Positions 23,175 to 24,923 of a DNA stretch of 24,923 nucleotides are shown one piece after another. The notes beneath the pieces are model-generated. The model ran no database searches. It saw only the letters and a program-made list of their open reading frames with translations, and was not told the origin of the DNA. Origin of the DNA: Phycisphaerae bacterium (GTDB taxonomy: Bacteria > Planctomycetota > Phycisphaerae > UBA1845). The stretch covers positions 1 through 24,923 of the forward strand of contig JAJDDX010000258.1 in assembly GCA_029260055.1 (NCBI GenBank), in the 5' to 3' direction. The translations under genes and the position numbers were made by a program. The stretch's first letter is position 1. Every line of letters begins with the position of its first letter.

Positions 23175-24923
23175 ATGAGGGCTTCGGAAGGCACAAGTAT
23201 CATGAATGCTAGCATCGTACCGGTGAGATGTAGCCGCTCTCCACGCTGGACGGCGGCCGCTTTTGTGGGGCTGGCGCTGGTTTGCGCGCTGTCGGTTCAG
23301 CCGACGTTCGCACAGACCGACCCATGCGAAGTGGTTGACGATGGATCGGGCACGGTAAGCCTGCCCCCCGAGGGCTGCGCTTATCTGAGCGGCGCTGAAG
23401 TCCACGAGATCATCGACGGGTTGCCGATTGGCACGACCATCGAGCTCGCGCCAATCCACCTCGACTTCATCTGCCGAAAAGGCGGCGGCGGGCCCCACTG
23501 CGGCCAGCCAGGCGGCGGCCTCGGCGGCGAGTTTGAGGTCTTCGATTCGACCCTCGATATTCAACTCACCGGCACCGGCGACCTCGCCGGGTTCAGCAAA
23601 GCGCTGACGATCCCCGTCTTCTGCCAGACGGATACCGGCCCACGCAACCCGGGAGACGCGGTCCAGGACTTTCCGTCCGAGATGGTGCAACTCCAGGGCA
23701 GCCTCTTCGGCGACCCGGACTTCGATTCGCTGACGATCGTCGGCGGGTCGGCCAACGGCCTGCCAAGCCCGGGCAACACGACGCTCACACGCTTGGGCCC
23801 GCCCGGAAGCGACTTCCAGGTCGACAGCTTCTTCGACATTAGCTATCGGATCGACTTCGTAGGCGCACCGGGCGGCGCGCTCGACGGCATGGCGGGAAGC
23901 ACGACGGCGAGCATCCGGATGGAAGCAGCGGCTCCTCCGCCGCCGCCGGACCCGTGTGAAGTCGTCGATGACGGCACGGGCACGGTCAGCCTTCCCCCCG
24001 AGGGCTGCGAATACCTGAGCCCCGCCGAAGTCCATATGATCATCGACGGTCTGCCGGCCGGCACGACCATCGAGCTTGCCCCCATCCACCTCGACTTCAT
24101 CTGCCGTCAGGGTGGCGGCGGCGCACACTGCGGCCAGCCGGGCGGCCCGCTCGGCGGCGAGACCGAGACCTTCGACTCGACCATCGGCTTGCAGCTCACC
24201 GGCACCGGCGACCTCGCCGGGTTCAGCCGCACGCTGCAGGTTCCGCTCTTCTGCCAGGCCGCAACCGGCCCGCGCGTCCCCGGTGACGCGGTACAGGACT
24301 TCGATAACGAAATGGTCCAGCTTCAGGGGAGCCTCTTCGGTGACCCGGACTTCGATACGCTGACTATTGTCGGCGGTTCAGCCAACGGCCTACCCAGCCC
24401 CGGGCATACGACGCTCACGCGATTGGGCCCGCCTGGAAGTGACTTCCAGGTCGACAGTTTCTTCGACATCACCTATCGAATCGATTTCCAGGGCGCCCCG
24501 GGTGGCGCGCTGAGCGGCATGGGCGGCAGCACCACCGGCACCATTCACATGGAAGCCCAGGCCGGAACGCCACCGGCTCCGTCTGACCCGTGCGACGCCT
24601 GCGGCCCCGGCCCGCACTGGGCCGACACCTGCCCCGGCGGCGACGACATCATCGATTCAACCGCCGAAGTCGAGATCGACACGGACCTGGACGGCATCGC
24701 GGACGAGACGCTCATCCTGTCGGGTCCGGTTGTCGTTCGGCGAAGCGCCGGCACTCCGACCGGCACATTCCAAACGGAAATGATCTCCATGTCGCTGAGC
24801 GGCAGCAGCGGTGCCACACTTGTAGCAGGTGCCGGGCAGGGCGCCGGCGGCACGCTTCCGCCTTCGACCGGACAGGTCCAGGAACAAGCGACCGACCCGG
24901 CGGTGGCCGACAGCTTCTTCGAC
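23175..24923 (+). CDS. Secreted Cys-containing tandem-repeat protein of unknown function, partial (continues beyond the window)
   Basis: GGGAGGG RBS lies 7 nt upstream of the ATG at 23175. A signal peptide-like segment is present (...TAAAFVGLALVCALSVQPTFAQ). Two ~210-aa repeats (nt 23319-23948 and 23949-24584) each begin DPCEVVDDG[ST]GTVSLPPEGC.YLS.AEVH.IIDGLP.GTTIELAPIHLDFICR.GGGG.HCGQPGG, followed by a divergent third module. The + ORF is absent from the track only because it has no stop in the window; the minus ORF 23067..24128 is its shadow. Confidence 0.7.
   Translation, partial: MRASEGTSIMNASIVPVRCSRSPRWTAAAFVGLALVCALSVQPTFAQTDPCEVVDDGSGTVSLPPEGCAYLSGAEVHEIIDGLPIGTTIELAPIHLDFICRKGGGGPHCGQPGGGLGGEFEVFDSTLDIQLTGTGDLAGFSKALTIPVFCQTDTGPRNPGDAVQDFPSEMVQLQGSLFGDPDFDSLTIVGGSANGLPSPGNTTLTRLGPPGSDFQVDSFFDISYRIDFVGAPGGALDGMAGSTTASIRMEAAAPPPPPDPCEVVDDGTGTVSLPPEGCEYLSPAEVHMIIDGLPAGTTIELAPIHLDFICRQGGGGAHCGQPGGPLGGETETFDSTIGLQLTGTGDLAGFSRTLQVPLFCQAATGPRVPGDAVQDFDNEMVQLQGSLFGDPDFDTLTIVGGSANGLPSPGHTTLTRLGPPGSDFQVDSFFDITYRIDFQGAPGGALSGMGGSTTGTIHMEAQAGTPPAPSDPCDACGPGPHWADTCPGGDDIIDSTAEVEIDTDLDGIADETLILSGPVVVRRSAGTPTGTFQTEMISMSLSGSSGATLVAGAGQGAGGTLPPSTGQVQEQATDPAVADSFFD

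Overview
High-GC (about two-thirds G+C, judged by eye) bacterial chromosomal window with compact, partly translationally coupled genes and many small palindromic intergenic repeats. Opposite-strand 'shadow' ORFs are common and were discounted. Supported genes, in order: a minus-strand operon of indolepyruvate:ferredoxin oxidoreductase iorA-iorB followed by a hydantoinase/oxoprolinase-family gene that runs off the left edge; a small Zn-ribbon membrane protein and a carbon-nitrogen hydrolase, bracketed by two copies of a palindromic repeat; an AT-rich orphan promoter / intrinsic terminator pair that looks like an sRNA locus; a ClpA/ClpB-like double-AAA+ protein with degenerate catalytic motifs; RtcA RNA 3'-phosphate cyclase; two hypothetical envelope proteins; a flotillin-NfeD operon; a secreted M14 carboxypeptidase with a dockerin-like tail; a clearly lower-GC two-gene insert with its own near-consensus sigma70 promoter, encoding an ImmA/IrrE-type HELGH metallopeptidase and a PD-(D/E)xK nuclease-like protein; a Pmp-like beta-helix surface protein with an IPTL-CTERM-like sorting tail; and a secreted protein built from a recent ~630-bp tandem duplication that runs off the right edge. 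The lower-GC peptidase + nuclease pair is the best candidate for an undescribed defence-type system. No rRNA, tRNA or CRISPR array was seen.
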